Part shown: piece by piece, positions 24,530 through 33,996 of the stretch
Position numbering within the stretch: position 1 is the first letter of the stretch
Layout: each line of letters opens with the position of its first letter
Source: Roseomonas sp.
GTDB taxonomy: Bacteria; Pseudomonadota; Alphaproteobacteria; Acetobacterales; Acetobacteraceae
Assembly (NCBI GenBank): GCA_044236185.1
Contig: JBIIGZ010000001.1
Span: 1 to 49,137 of the forward strand
Length of the DNA: 49,137 bases
Direction of reading: 5' to 3'
Made by a program: the position numbers and the translations under genes
Notes under the pieces: generated by a model
The model's database searches: none
Seen by the model: the letters and a program-made list of their open reading frames with translations, nothing else
What the model was told of the DNA's origin: nothing

Positions 24530-26371
24530 TTACGCGACCCGGCCGCGCTTGCCAAGCCGGGGGGCACCGCCGGGGTGCTTGCGACCTTCCATACCTGGGC
24601 CGGGTTTGGGTTTCTTTTCAAAGCGCTTGGGCGGTTTGCCCGGTTTGCCGGGCTTGGGCGGCCTTGGGGCGGCTGAGGCCTTGCCCGGCTTGGCTTCACG
24701 CAGGGGCGCTGAACGTTCCGCTTTCTGCGGTGCTTCCCGCGCGGCCTGCCGGAAGGGCTGCATGGGCTGGATCTGGATATCCTCCCGATCATCGGCGCTA
24801 TTCTGGCGGGCGGCAGCGGCGAAGCGTTCCGCGGCATAGGGCGCGATTTCGACCATGGTTTCCTGTCCCAGAATGCGGATGCGCCCAATCTCCTGGCGCG
24901 TCAGATGCCCACGGCGGCACAGGAAGGGCAGCAGCCAGCGCGGATCTGCATTGCCATTCCGCCCGATATTAAGCCGGAACCAAACACCTTCCCCACCACG
25001 CGGCGCATCGCCATCAGGTGCTTCCCGCCGCGCCTCGCGCCTTTCGGGCTTTTGTTCGGCGATTTCCTCGGGCGCCGGCAAAGGCGCTCGCAGCATTTTG
25101 ATTAATGCCGCCGCCAGGGTTTCGCTGGTGATATCGCTACCGGCCAGCAAGCGCTGCGCGAGGGCCAGATCATCATCTGATGCTTCTTCAGCGAGAACAC
25201 CCCGCGCCTGTTCGGCCAAGCGTTCGGCATCACGCGCAAGCACGGCATCGGCAGAAGGTGCCGGTCCCCAGGTGGCCGCGACCTTGGCGGCGCCAATCAG
25301 CCGTTCGGCAAGGCGGCGGCGCGGATGCGGCACCAGCAAAACACTGGTGCCCTTGCGCCCAGCACGGCCGGTGCGACCGCTCCTATGCAGCAAGGTTTCC
25401 GAATCCCGCGGCAATTCGGCGTGAATCACCAAATCCAATTCCGGCAAATCAATGCCGCGCGCCGCGACATCGGTTGCGACACAAACGCGTGACCGGCCAT
25501 CGCGCAGCGCCTGCAAGGCGCGCAGCCGCTCGGCCTGGGTCAATTCGCCGGAAAGCGCCACGGCGGGAAAGCCGCGCTCCGCCAAATTGCCATGCAGCCG
25601 CGCCACCGCCGCGCGTGTTGCGCAAAATACCATCGCGAGCGGTGGGTTTTCCAAGCGTATAAGGTTTACCACCGCACGTTCAATTTCATGTGGTGCGACC
25701 AGCATGGCGCGATAGGTGATATCGCCATGCGCTTCACCGCCGCCACCCACTTCAAGGCGCAGCGCATCGCGTTGATAGCTTTTCGCAAGCGCCGCAATGG
25801 CGCGCGGCACAGTGGCTGAGAACATCAGCGTACGACGTTCCGGCGGCAGGCGATCCAGGATTGCTTCCAATTCTTCCCGGAAGCCGAGGTCAAGCATCTC
25901 ATCGGCTTCATCCAGCACCACAACGCGCAGGGCATCGGGTTTCAGATTGCCGCGTTCCAGATGATCACAAAGCCGGCCAGGCGTGCCGACAATGATATGC
26001 GCGCCGGCGAGCAATTGACGCTTTTCCGCAATGGGATCCATGCCACCAACGCCAGAGGCAATGCGCCCACCGGCGGGGGCGTAAAGCCAAGTAAGCTCTG
26101 CCTTTACCTGCAAAGCCAATTCGCGCGTGGGCGCGACCACGATGGCCAATGGTGCGCCGGGTGGCGGCAGGCGGTCAGCGCCGCCCAGCAATTCCGGCGC
26201 GATGGATAAGCCGAAAGCAACCGTTTTGCCCGAGCCGGTCTGGGCCGAGACAAGCAAATCCCGCCCGGCAGCATCTTCCGCCAGGACCGCGTTTTGTACG
26301 GGGGTAGGGGCGGCATAGCCGCGTGATGTCAGCGCCGATTGCAGCGCCGCAGGGATACCAGAAAAGGACAT
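24530..26371 (-). CDS. DEAD-box RNA helicase with DbpA-type RNA-binding domain (DeaD-like)
   Basis: AQTGSGKT, PTRELA, DEAD, SAT, ARGID, HRSGRTGRAG; basic KPG-rich tail. Confidence 0.93.
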   Translation of the reverse strand: MSFSGIPAALQSALTSRGYAAPTPVQNAVLAEDAAGRDLLVSAQTGSGKTVAFGLSIAPELLGGADRLPPPGAPLAIVVAPTRELALQVKAELTWLYAPAGGRIASGVGGMDPIAEKRQLLAGAHIIVGTPGRLCDHLERGNLKPDALRVVVLDEADEMLDLGFREELEAILDRLPPERRTLMFSATVPRAIAALAKSYQRDALRLEVGGGGEAHGDITYRAMLVAPHEIERAVVNLIRLENPPLAMVFCATRAAVARLHGNLAERGFPAVALSGELTQAERLRALQALRDGRSRVCVATDVAARGIDLPELDLVIHAELPRDSETLLHRSGRTGRAGRKGTSVLLVPHPRRRLAERLIGAAKVAATWGPAPSADAVLARDAERLAEQARGVLAEEASDDDLALAQRLLAGSDITSETLAAALIKMLRAPLPAPEEIAEQKPERREARREAPDGDAPRGGEGVWFRLNIGRNGNADPRWLLPFLCRRGHLTRQEIGRIRILGQETMVEIAPYAAERFAAAARQNSADDREDIQIQPMQPFRQAAREAPQKAERSAPLREAKPGKASAAPRPPKPGKPGKPPKRFEKKPKPGPGMEGRKHPGGAPRLGKRGRVA

Positions 26372-26507
26372 GAGGAGTTTGGTCTCGGAAAAAACAAGCC
26401 TTTCCTTGCGCCCCGGCGCCGTGCCGCGTCAAGCTTTGCATGGTTTTGGGCATTGATCCCGACGCATGGCTGGGTCACGCTGGGGCGCATTGAAAAGGAG
26501 GATCACC

Positions 26508-27119
26508 ATGCAAGAAACCATCCTGTTTCCGGGAAAAGTCGAATGGTCGGGCGAAAATCCGGGGATTTCCCTGAAGGAGGACCCGAATGGCCCCTTCACC
26601 ACACTCGCCAGTTTTTTCCGCGTAGTGCTTTCCCCCCACGGCGCCGGCCACGCGCTGGTGCTGATGCAATCCCCGCATGAGGCGAACCCGGCGGAGGGGG
26701 CGGCGAATTGGTGCCTGACGGATAATGAACCCCTCGCGCGCTGGCTGATTGCCGAATACCTCAGCCATTTCGGCGCCTTTCGCGGCATTGCCGGCCTGGC
26801 GGGCCTGCGTTTCCGCAAATTGGATGAGGTGAAAACTGCGGGCGATCCGCGCAGCCATTACAGCGAAAGCGTGCGCGCGGGGGATATGACGGTTTCCATG
26901 GCGTGGCAGGGTCTGGGTGAGCCCTTCTGCTTCGCTTTCGCGCCACCGCAATCCGCGACCGGCAAGCATGTGATGCCGAGCCTGTTCATCGGCTGCGAAA
27001 GCGCCGCCGTGACGGTGAATGGTGTTCGCCGCCCCGGCGCGCCGATTCCGCGCGAAGTGGCGGGGCGCAAGATCAGCACCGCGATGCTCGCCTTCTGCGA
27101 GACATGGCTGCGCGTGTAA
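26508..27119 (+). CDS. Hypothetical protein (203 aa)
   Basis: Strong AAGGAGG ribosome-binding site, host-like codons, globular composition; no family recognised. Confidence 0.8.
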   Translation: MQETILFPGKVEWSGENPGISLKEDPNGPFTTLASFFRVVLSPHGAGHALVLMQSPHEANPAEGAANWCLTDNEPLARWLIAEYLSHFGAFRGIAGLAGLRFRKLDEVKTAGDPRSHYSESVRAGDMTVSMAWQGLGEPFCFAFAPPQSATGKHVMPSLFIGCESAAVTVNGVRRPGAPIPREVAGRKISTAMLAFCETWLRV

Positions 27120-27125
27120 CCTTAG

Positions 27126-28082
27126 CTAAGCCGCGCGGTATTGCCGGAGCGATCCGGCATGCATGATCCGCCCCGCGAGTGGGCGGCCAATGATGCGTTC
27201 CGCAAGCCGCGCGGCTTCAATCAGCCGGTCAAGATCAATGCCGGTTTCAACGCCCATTTCGTGGCACAGAAACACCATATCTTCGGTGCAGATATTTCCC
27301 GCCCCGCGTGCATCGCCATGGCCGGCGAAGGGGCAACCGCCCAGGCCCGCCACGGAGCTGTCAAATAGTGAAACGCCCATCTCCAGCGCGGCCAGCACAT
27401 TGGCCGTGCCAAGCCCGCGCGTGTCATGCAAATGCAACCCCACTTCCACATCGGGCAGCTTTTCGCGCAGCATCCCAACCAGGCGGCGCACCGCCTGCGG
27501 ATTGGCCCAGCCCATGGTATCGGCGAAATAGAGCTTCTTCAGGTTTATGCCGCGTTCCGCACAAACCCGATGCGCCCAGAGCAATTCCTGCACCGGCCTT
27601 TCGGGCGGAATTTCGCCTTCATAATTGCAGCCAAAGGCGGTCATCACCAAGGCGCGTTCCACCGTGACACCGGCTTCGGCGTAAAGATCAAGCCAGCGCA
27701 CCACACGTTCCCGCATCTCAGCCGCGGTGCAATTATTGTTGCGCTTGGCGAAAGCGTCCGATGTGTAAAGGCTGATCTTGCCGACCAGATCAACGCCTTG
27801 CGCGGCGCGCGCACGATTGAAGCCCTGTTCATTCAGCCACAGCGCTTCATAACGAACGCCAGGGCGCTTTTTGATGGCAGCGAAGAACTCCGCTGAATCC
27901 ACCATTTGCGGCACGGCCTTGGGGGAGACGAAGGACGCCACCTGAATGGCGGTGAGCCCGGTTTCCGCCAGCGCTTCGACCAACGCCACGCGATCAGCGA
28001 GCGGATAGATCACGGGTTCGATCTGAAACCCCTCTCGCGGGCCTTCTTCATGGAAATGGACATGCTTTGGCAGATCAGACAT
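27126..28082 (-). CDS. HMG-CoA lyase-like DRE-TIM metallolyase
   Basis: GPREGFQ, SFVSPKAVPQM, ADTMG, HLHDTRG, GLGGCPFA, GNICTED. Confidence 0.88.
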   Translation of the reverse strand: MSDLPKHVHFHEEGPREGFQIEPVIYPLADRVALVEALAETGLTAIQVASFVSPKAVPQMVDSAEFFAAIKKRPGVRYEALWLNEQGFNRARAAQGVDLVGKISLYTSDAFAKRNNNCTAAEMRERVVRWLDLYAEAGVTVERALVMTAFGCNYEGEIPPERPVQELLWAHRVCAERGINLKKLYFADTMGWANPQAVRRLVGMLREKLPDVEVGLHLHDTRGLGTANVLAALEMGVSLFDSSVAGLGGCPFAGHGDARGAGNICTEDMVFLCHEMGVETGIDLDRLIEAARLAERIIGRPLAGRIMHAGSLRQYRAA

Positions 28083-28191
28083 GGCGGTTTCCCAAATGAT
28101 GTAGGCGTTGACAGCGCCGCTTGGCGCGATGACGCTTGGCGGTGACTATGGCGCTGCCTGCGACGCTGCGCCAGAGCCAGAGGGAAACGCC

Positions 28192-29175
28192 ATGAAACAC
28201 AATGTACTGCCGCGCCGCGCGGCGCTTTTGGGGGCTTTGGGCTTGGCAGGCACGCAGGGTGCCGCCGCGCAGCCAGCTGGGCGCTGGCCGGATCGGCCCA
28301 TTCGCTTCATCGTCGCCTTTCCCGCCGGCAGCGGCACGGATGTTACCACGCGCAACTTTACCGATGCGCTGAGTGCAGAACTTGGGCAGCCGGTTGTCGT
28401 GGATAATCGCGGCGGTGCGAATGGCTTCATTGCCTCAGAAGCCGTCGCCCGTGCGCGGCCCGATGGCTATACGTTTCTGTCCACCGCCAATACGACGCAT
28501 GGCTCAAACCCGGCGTTGTTCCATCGCCTGCCCTATGATCCGGTGGTGGATTTTGCGCCGGTTGCGCTGATTGGTGTGGGTGTGCTGCTGGTGGTGGTGA
28601 ATAATGATCTGCCGGTGCGCAGCATGCGCGAACTTGCCGATTATGCGCGTGCCAATCCCGGCAAGCTCAATTTCGCCTCCGGCAGTGCGTCTTCCCGCGT
28701 CGCCGGTGAGATGTTCAAATCCATGGCCGGGGTGGATATGGTGAATGTCACCTATCGCTCGAACCCGCTTGGCATCACGGATGTCATTGGCGGTGTGGCG
28801 CAGGTGATGTTTGTGGATGCCACAACTTCCATGCCGCAGGCGCGCGAAGGGCGGGTGCGTGCGATTGGTGTGACAAGCCGTCAACGCGTTGCCATGATGC
28901 CTGATCTGCCGACGGTCGAAGAACAGGGTTTTCCTGGTTATGAAATGCTGTCCTGGAATGCGATGTATGCGCCAGCCGGCACGCCGCCTGAGATCATCGC
29001 CCGCATCAATGGCCTCGTGAATGAGATTATGGCGCGCCCAGCCGTACGCGATCGCCTGACCGCTAACGGCATGGTGCTGCGTCCGGGATCGCCAGATGAT
29101 CTGGCGCGCTTCCAGGCCGCCGAGATCGAGAAATGGAAGCGCCTGGTGCGTGAAGCCGGGATTGAATTGCAATGA
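28192..29175 (+). CDS. Bug/TctC tripartite tricarboxylate transporter substrate-binding protein
   Basis: Tat-like RRAALL signal, WPDRPIRFIVAFPAGSGTD, PDGYT. Confidence 0.93.
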   Translation: MKHNVLPRRAALLGALGLAGTQGAAAQPAGRWPDRPIRFIVAFPAGSGTDVTTRNFTDALSAELGQPVVVDNRGGANGFIASEAVARARPDGYTFLSTANTTHGSNPALFHRLPYDPVVDFAPVALIGVGVLLVVVNNDLPVRSMRELADYARANPGKLNFASGSASSRVAGEMFKSMAGVDMVNVTYRSNPLGITDVIGGVAQVMFVDATTSMPQAREGRVRAIGVTSRQRVAMMPDLPTVEEQGFPGYEMLSWNAMYAPAGTPPEIIARINGLVNEIMARPAVRDRLTANGMVLRPGSPDDLARFQAAEIEKWKRLVREAGIELQ

Positions 29176-30299
29176 TGGGCGTCTTGTCTGGCGTGCGGGT
29201 GGTGGAGCTTGGCCAGGTGCTGGCCGGGCCCTTTGCGGGCGCGATTTTCGCTGACCTTGGCGCCGATGTGATCAAGGTGGAAAAACCTGACGGTGGGGAT
29301 GATGCGCGCCGTATGGGCCCGGATTTCCGCCATGGCGATGCGCTGAATTTCCATGAATTCAATCGCGGCAAGAAATCCGTGACCCTTGATCTGAAATCGC
29401 CTGAGGGGGTTGAGGCTTTGCATGGCTTGCTCGCCCATGCCGATATCATGCTGCATAATCTCCGCCCCGGCGCGGCGGAGGCTTTGGGGATTGGCGCGCA
29501 AGCAGTGACCGCGCGGCATCCGCATTTGATCTATTGCGAAATGTCGGCTTTCGGTCATGTCGGGCCGGAGAAGCTGCGCCCGGGCTATGAACCATTGTTG
29601 CAGGCTTTCGGTGGGCTTTCTTCCATCACCGGGGAACCGGATGGGCCACCGGTGCGCATGGGGGCTTCCGTGGTTGATCAGGGGACGGGGCTTTGGACTG
29701 TGCTCGGCGCGCTTGCCATGCTGGAACGGCGCCACCGCACCGGGCAGGGCGGTGTCGTGAATACATCGCTATTCGAAACGGCGCTGTTATGGGCGGGGCA
29801 GAAGATCAGCGCCTATGTGAATATGGGCAAACTCCCGGAACGTCATGCCTCTGGCCATCCGAACCTGACACCTTATGAGGCGTTTGATGCCGCCGATGGG
29901 CCGGTGCTGGTTTGCTGCGGCAATGACCGGTTGTTCGCGAAATTCGCCGCCGAATTGGGCCATGCGGAATGGGCGAGTGATGAGCGGTTTTCGACCAATC
30001 GCGCCCGGCTGAAACATAAGGCGCTGCTGCTGCCGATGATCGCGGCGCTCATGCGGATCACGCCGCGCGCCGAATGGCTGCAACGGCTTGCGCGGATTGG
30101 TGTGCCTTGCGCACCGGTGAACAGCATTCCGGAAGTGCTGGCGGAACCGCAAACCCAGGCGCTAGGCATGGTGCAGCCGGTGCCGAATGAGGATTTTTCG
30201 CTGGTTGCCATGCCTCTTTCCTTCAATGGCGAAAGGCCGCGTATGGCCGGCCCTGCGCCACGTCTCGGCGCGCATAACAAGGAAATTTTGAAAGGCTGA
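29172..30299 (+). CDS. Family III CoA transferase (CaiB/BaiF)
   Basis: DLGADVIKVE, NRGKKS, VVDQGTG, APRLGAHN; overlaps the Bug stop codon. Confidence 0.93.
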   Translation: MMGVLSGVRVVELGQVLAGPFAGAIFADLGADVIKVEKPDGGDDARRMGPDFRHGDALNFHEFNRGKKSVTLDLKSPEGVEALHGLLAHADIMLHNLRPGAAEALGIGAQAVTARHPHLIYCEMSAFGHVGPEKLRPGYEPLLQAFGGLSSITGEPDGPPVRMGASVVDQGTGLWTVLGALAMLERRHRTGQGGVVNTSLFETALLWAGQKISAYVNMGKLPERHASGHPNLTPYEAFDAADGPVLVCCGNDRLFAKFAAELGHAEWASDERFSTNRARLKHKALLLPMIAALMRITPRAEWLQRLARIGVPCAPVNSIPEVLAEPQTQALGMVQPVPNEDFSLVAMPLSFNGERPRMAGPAPRLGAHNKEILKG

Positions 30300-30539
30300 T
30301 CAGCCGGCCAAGCGCGCACGCCCTTTGGCGGTGATGCGCACGTGCATATCAGCGGCACCATCGCGCGCGGGTTCCAGCCGGATCAGGCCATCTTCCAAAG
30401 CATCTTCCCAGGCGGAAAGCCGCGGACAATTACTGCGCCATGCATCCATGGTGTCGGCGTAGCTCCGCGGGCGTTCTTCGAGCCAACGCAGGAATTGCAC
30501 CATCAGTGTGGTCGGGATGGCGGGGGCGTCTTGCAGCAT
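30300..30539 (-). CDS. Small hypothetical protein (79 aa), possibly winged-helix-like
   Basis: PRSYADTMDAWRSNCPRLSAWEDA and C-terminal VRITAKGRA; fills the gap exactly, co-oriented with the upstream Gfo gene. Confidence 0.7.
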   Translation of the reverse strand: MLQDAPAIPTTLMVQFLRWLEERPRSYADTMDAWRSNCPRLSAWEDALEDGLIRLEPARDGAADMHVRITAKGRARLAG

Positions 30540-30570
30540 GGGCTCAGCCTAAATCCGCGGGCGGCGACAC

Positions 30571-31530
30571 TCAAGACGCCAGAATAGCCTCCACAATCTC
30601 CTGCACCTCCAAGGCTTCGCGTACAGTTGCCAGCCGATGCGCCTCACCGCGCGTCATGGCGGCGACCTCGGCCAACTGCCCCCTCAGCACCATGGGGCGC
30701 ATCTTTTCATTGGGCAGCGCATCCGGCGCCTGCGCCCAAGTGCCGTCAGCGCTGAGCCTTTCGGCGAAAGACCAATCGCGCAGCCGGATCGCGCCATTCA
30801 GTGTCCAGGTATTGTGATCATCCTTGGTGGTGGTGCCGACCGAGCCCTTAAGCGTCACCGGCACGCCACCTGCGCTCAGCCGCGCGGTGATGGCGGATTC
30901 CGCGCCATCGCCGGGCGGGTAGGTGACTTGTGCCTCCAGCAATTTGAGCGGCCCCAATTGCCGGCGCGTGAGGAATAGAAAGTGGGAGACAACTTCGCGC
31001 GTAAACCCGCCCTCGGCCCGTTTCGCGAGCCAGCTTGCCGCCGCCTGCTGCCAACCGCGCGGCCAAGTGGGGAAGGCGACTTCAATGGCAAGGCTTTCAG
31101 GTGTCAACGCCGCGCGCCAGGCCGAAAGCTGCGCCACGGCGGGCGAGGACGCCATGGGGAAATTCACCGCCGCGCGCGCGCCGGCCGCTTCCGCCCGCGC
31201 GACAAAAGCGCGCGCTTCGGTCAGCGATGTCGCAAGTGGCTTTTCGATGAAAACACTCCGACCTGCTGCAATGGCAGCCTCGGCCAGCGGAATATGCGCG
31301 GCGGGAGGGGCTGCGATGTAAAGGCAATCACAGGCGGCGATCACTGCATCCGGTGTCGCCAGCATGCGCGGCGCGCCGGTGATGCCGGCAAGCCGTGTCG
31401 CCGCCGCCGGTGCCGGGTCCCAGACCGCCACGGGAGTAACACTTTCGCTGGCGTGTTCCAAGGCAGCGCGCAGCAGGCGCTCACCCATGATGCCAATGCC
31501 GATAATACCGAGTGTGACGGGGGAGGTCAT
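30571..31530 (-). CDS. Gfo/Idh/MocA oxidoreductase
   Basis: GIIGIGIMG, FIEKPLA, EGGFTREVVSH; start at 31530 or 31545. Confidence 0.85.
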   Translation of the reverse strand: MTSPVTLGIIGIGIMGERLLRAALEHASESVTPVAVWDPAPAAATRLAGITGAPRMLATPDAVIAACDCLYIAAPPAAHIPLAEAAIAAGRSVFIEKPLATSLTEARAFVARAEAAGARAAVNFPMASSPAVAQLSAWRAALTPESLAIEVAFPTWPRGWQQAAASWLAKRAEGGFTREVVSHFLFLTRRQLGPLKLLEAQVTYPPGDGAESAITARLSAGGVPVTLKGSVGTTTKDDHNTWTLNGAIRLRDWSFAERLSADGTWAQAPDALPNEKMRPMVLRGQLAEVAAMTRGEAHRLATVREALEVQEIVEAILAS

Positions 31531-31617
31531 TTTGATGTTGTCCATAAAGGGGCTTGTTCCCCAGCCTGACTGCCACCACCATGGCCGAACCGCAACCCAA
31601 AGGCCGGAAGGGCGCGC

Positions 31618-32364
31618 ATGGTCCAGAAAATTCCCGAAGCGGGCTACCGTTTCATTCCTGGTGTCTATCAATACAGCGCCGGTGTCGCCGCCGAGCCGGG
31701 CTTTCGGCTGGAACGCGTGCGCTTTGCTGAACCTGTGCCGCTCATGGCGGGCTTTGCGCGCATCGCGTCCCATCTTGCGGCGCTCGGGCGGCCAAAGCTT
31801 GCTTTTGCGGCTTGCGAATTACGCTCCCCCGCGCCTTTCACGGAAGAGGGTTTTGCGGCGTTTAATCGGGTTTATGGCGGCGTGCTTACGGAATGGGGCC
31901 TGTTTCGCGATGGGCTAAACCCCGTGGCGCGCAGCAATGTCTGCCCGGAAATTACACCACCGGCCGAGCCCTGCTTTCACGCCTTTGTATATACCGTGCC
32001 GGATGCTGGTGCCGCGCCTTCCTTTGCTGTGGCGGGCAGTGGAGAAGCTGCGGAAGGCAAGGGTGACTATCGCAGCAATACGGTCGCACTGGGCGACACC
32101 TCGCCCGCCGGCATGCTTGCCAAGGCGCGTTGGGTGCTTGGCGAAATGGAACGCCGTATGGGGTTACTCGGTGCCGATTGGCGCAGCACCACAGGCGTGC
32201 AGGCCTATACGGTACACGATATGGGGCCGTTTTTTGCCGAGGAAATTGTCCGTCGCGGTGCCGCGCGTCATGGGCTGACTTGGCAATATTGCCGCCCGCC
32301 GGTGGTTGATCTGGAGTTTGAGATGGATTGCAGGGGTGTGGCGCGCGAATTCGTGCTGACCTGA
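31618..32364 (+). CDS. CnbZ-like protein (2-amino-5-chloromuconate deaminase family)
   Basis: YRFIPGVYQYSAGVAA, ACELRSPAPF, NPVARSNVCP, RPPVVDLEFEMD; family recognised from memory. Confidence 0.7.
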   Translation: MVQKIPEAGYRFIPGVYQYSAGVAAEPGFRLERVRFAEPVPLMAGFARIASHLAALGRPKLAFAACELRSPAPFTEEGFAAFNRVYGGVLTEWGLFRDGLNPVARSNVCPEITPPAEPCFHAFVYTVPDAGAAPSFAVAGSGEAAEGKGDYRSNTVALGDTSPAGMLAKARWVLGEMERRMGLLGADWRSTTGVQAYTVHDMGPFFAEEIVRRGAARHGLTWQYCRPPVVDLEFEMDCRGVAREFVLT

Positions 32365-32373
32365 GTGTTGGTT

Positions 32374-33009
32374 TCAATCCCGGTCATTGGCCAGGCGCCA
32401 TTTTTCAATGGCGGCAATGGCGGTTGCGGAATCGATCACGTCGGCATAGCGGCGTTCCACATCGCGCAGATTCTGCCGATGCGCAGCTTCATCATGATCG
32501 CCGACGCAATCTTCGGCCACCATGACACGAAAGCCGAGCGAGAAGGCGTCAATCACGCTGGCCCTGACGCAGCCAGAGGTGATGCAGCCCGTCACAATCA
32601 CCGTATCCACGCCTTCACGCGTGAGGATCGCAGCCGCTGGGGTGGCGAAGAACAGGGAAGGCGCTGATTTCATCAGCAAGACATCAGGCTCGGCTGCGGC
32701 GATGCGCGGGTCAAGTTCGGTGGAAGGCGTATCCTTCAGCAAATCATAGACGGGTTCGATCTTCCAATGCGGTGCCGCGCGGGGCGTGTCATAGCCATTG
32801 ACGCAGGCAATGACGGGCAGGCCGGCGCGTTTTGCGGCCTCCATCAAGGGTACGGTGTTTTCAACCGCCTTATCCACCATCGGCGCACCGCCCATAGGGA
32901 ATTCCGGGTCTATGAAGCCGCGCTGGAAATCCACGACAACAACGGCAGGCTTCTTCCCGAAGCCGAGCCTGCGGCTATCATAACCGCGTTTTTCGTAGAT
33001 GTCTGACAT
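32374..33009 (-). CDS. Isochorismatase-family cysteine hydrolase (maleamate/N-carbamoylsarcosine amidase-like)
   Basis: Asp-Lys-Cys triad: VVVDFQ, MKSAPS, TSGCVRAS. Confidence 0.9.
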   Translation of the reverse strand: MSDIYEKRGYDSRRLGFGKKPAVVVVDFQRGFIDPEFPMGGAPMVDKAVENTVPLMEAAKRAGLPVIACVNGYDTPRAAPHWKIEPVYDLLKDTPSTELDPRIAAAEPDVLLMKSAPSLFFATPAAAILTREGVDTVIVTGCITSGCVRASVIDAFSLGFRVMVAEDCVGDHDEAAHRQNLRDVERRYADVIDSATAIAAIEKWRLANDRD

Positions 33010-33291
33010 GGGGGTGTCCTTTGCGGTTGGGGTTCGGCTTCAGCGATGATGGGCTGAAGATCAAGTTGCCTTTATTCTTTCTGCTCGCTCAGAAAAGACC
33101 ATCTCTGTTATCTTTACAACATATTGATAGTGGCCGCTCCATAGGCGGCTCATGGTCGGAAGGGCGATCAAGCGACCTTGAGCGTAACGGCCAAAGGATC
33201 AGCCGGCCCCTGTTTATGCTTGCACCCTTTGGGGTTTTCCTTATCAGGGGCAAGTCACGCATGTTTGCGGCCCGATTGGAGGGGCCACAGA

Positions 33292-33957
33292 ATGGCCGGA
33301 ACAGAAGGTTTGGATAGCTCAGCGTCCTTCGAATTCACCGAGGATTGGTTCTCGCGCCATATGCCAACCTGGGACCCCATCCTGACCAGCCTGAAGCCAA
33401 GGAAGATTCTGGAGATTGGCTCCTTTGAGGGTCGCTCCGCCTGCTATCTGATCGAAAAATGCGCGGATTTGGCTGATGGTGAGCTCTCGATCACCTGTGT
33501 AGATAGCTGGCAAGGCGGGCGTGAGCATCAGCAGGGCGGCATGGCCGAGGCAAAGATGACCGAGGTTGAGCGCCGATTTGATCACAATATGCGCCTTGCC
33601 CTCGGCAGGGCAGCAAGGCCCGTGACCTTTTGCAAGTTGAAGCAGAACTCATGCGCTGCCCTGGCTGGATTGATAACGGCTGGACTCTCTGAAAGCTTCG
33701 ATCTCATTTACGTTGATGGATCGCATGAGGCGCCAGACGTATTGTCCGACGCGATCATGGCTTTTGCCCTGCTGAGGGTTGGCGGAACATTGATTTTCGA
33801 TGACTATGTCTGGTCCGATCAGCCCCCGGAGAAGCGAGACCCTTCGCGTATGCCCAAGCCCGCGATAGACGCTTTTTTGAATGTCTATCATCGGAAACTG
33901 ATACCTTACGAATGGGTGCCCCTTTGGCAAATCTATGTACGAAAAATCGCTGCCTGA
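33292..33957 (+). CDS. Class I SAM-dependent methyltransferase (Methyltransf_24-like)
   Basis: LEIGSFEGRS, CVDSW, FDLIYVDGSH, IFDDY; GGAGG ribosome-binding site. Confidence 0.88.
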   Translation: MAGTEGLDSSASFEFTEDWFSRHMPTWDPILTSLKPRKILEIGSFEGRSACYLIEKCADLADGELSITCVDSWQGGREHQQGGMAEAKMTEVERRFDHNMRLALGRAARPVTFCKLKQNSCAALAGLITAGLSESFDLIYVDGSHEAPDVLSDAIMAFALLRVGGTLIFDDYVWSDQPPEKRDPSRMPKPAIDAFLNVYHRKLIPYEWVPLWQIYVRKIAA

Positions 33958-33996
33958 TCTACACCCTGAAACCTGCCCAGTTTTGGAAAGACTGCC

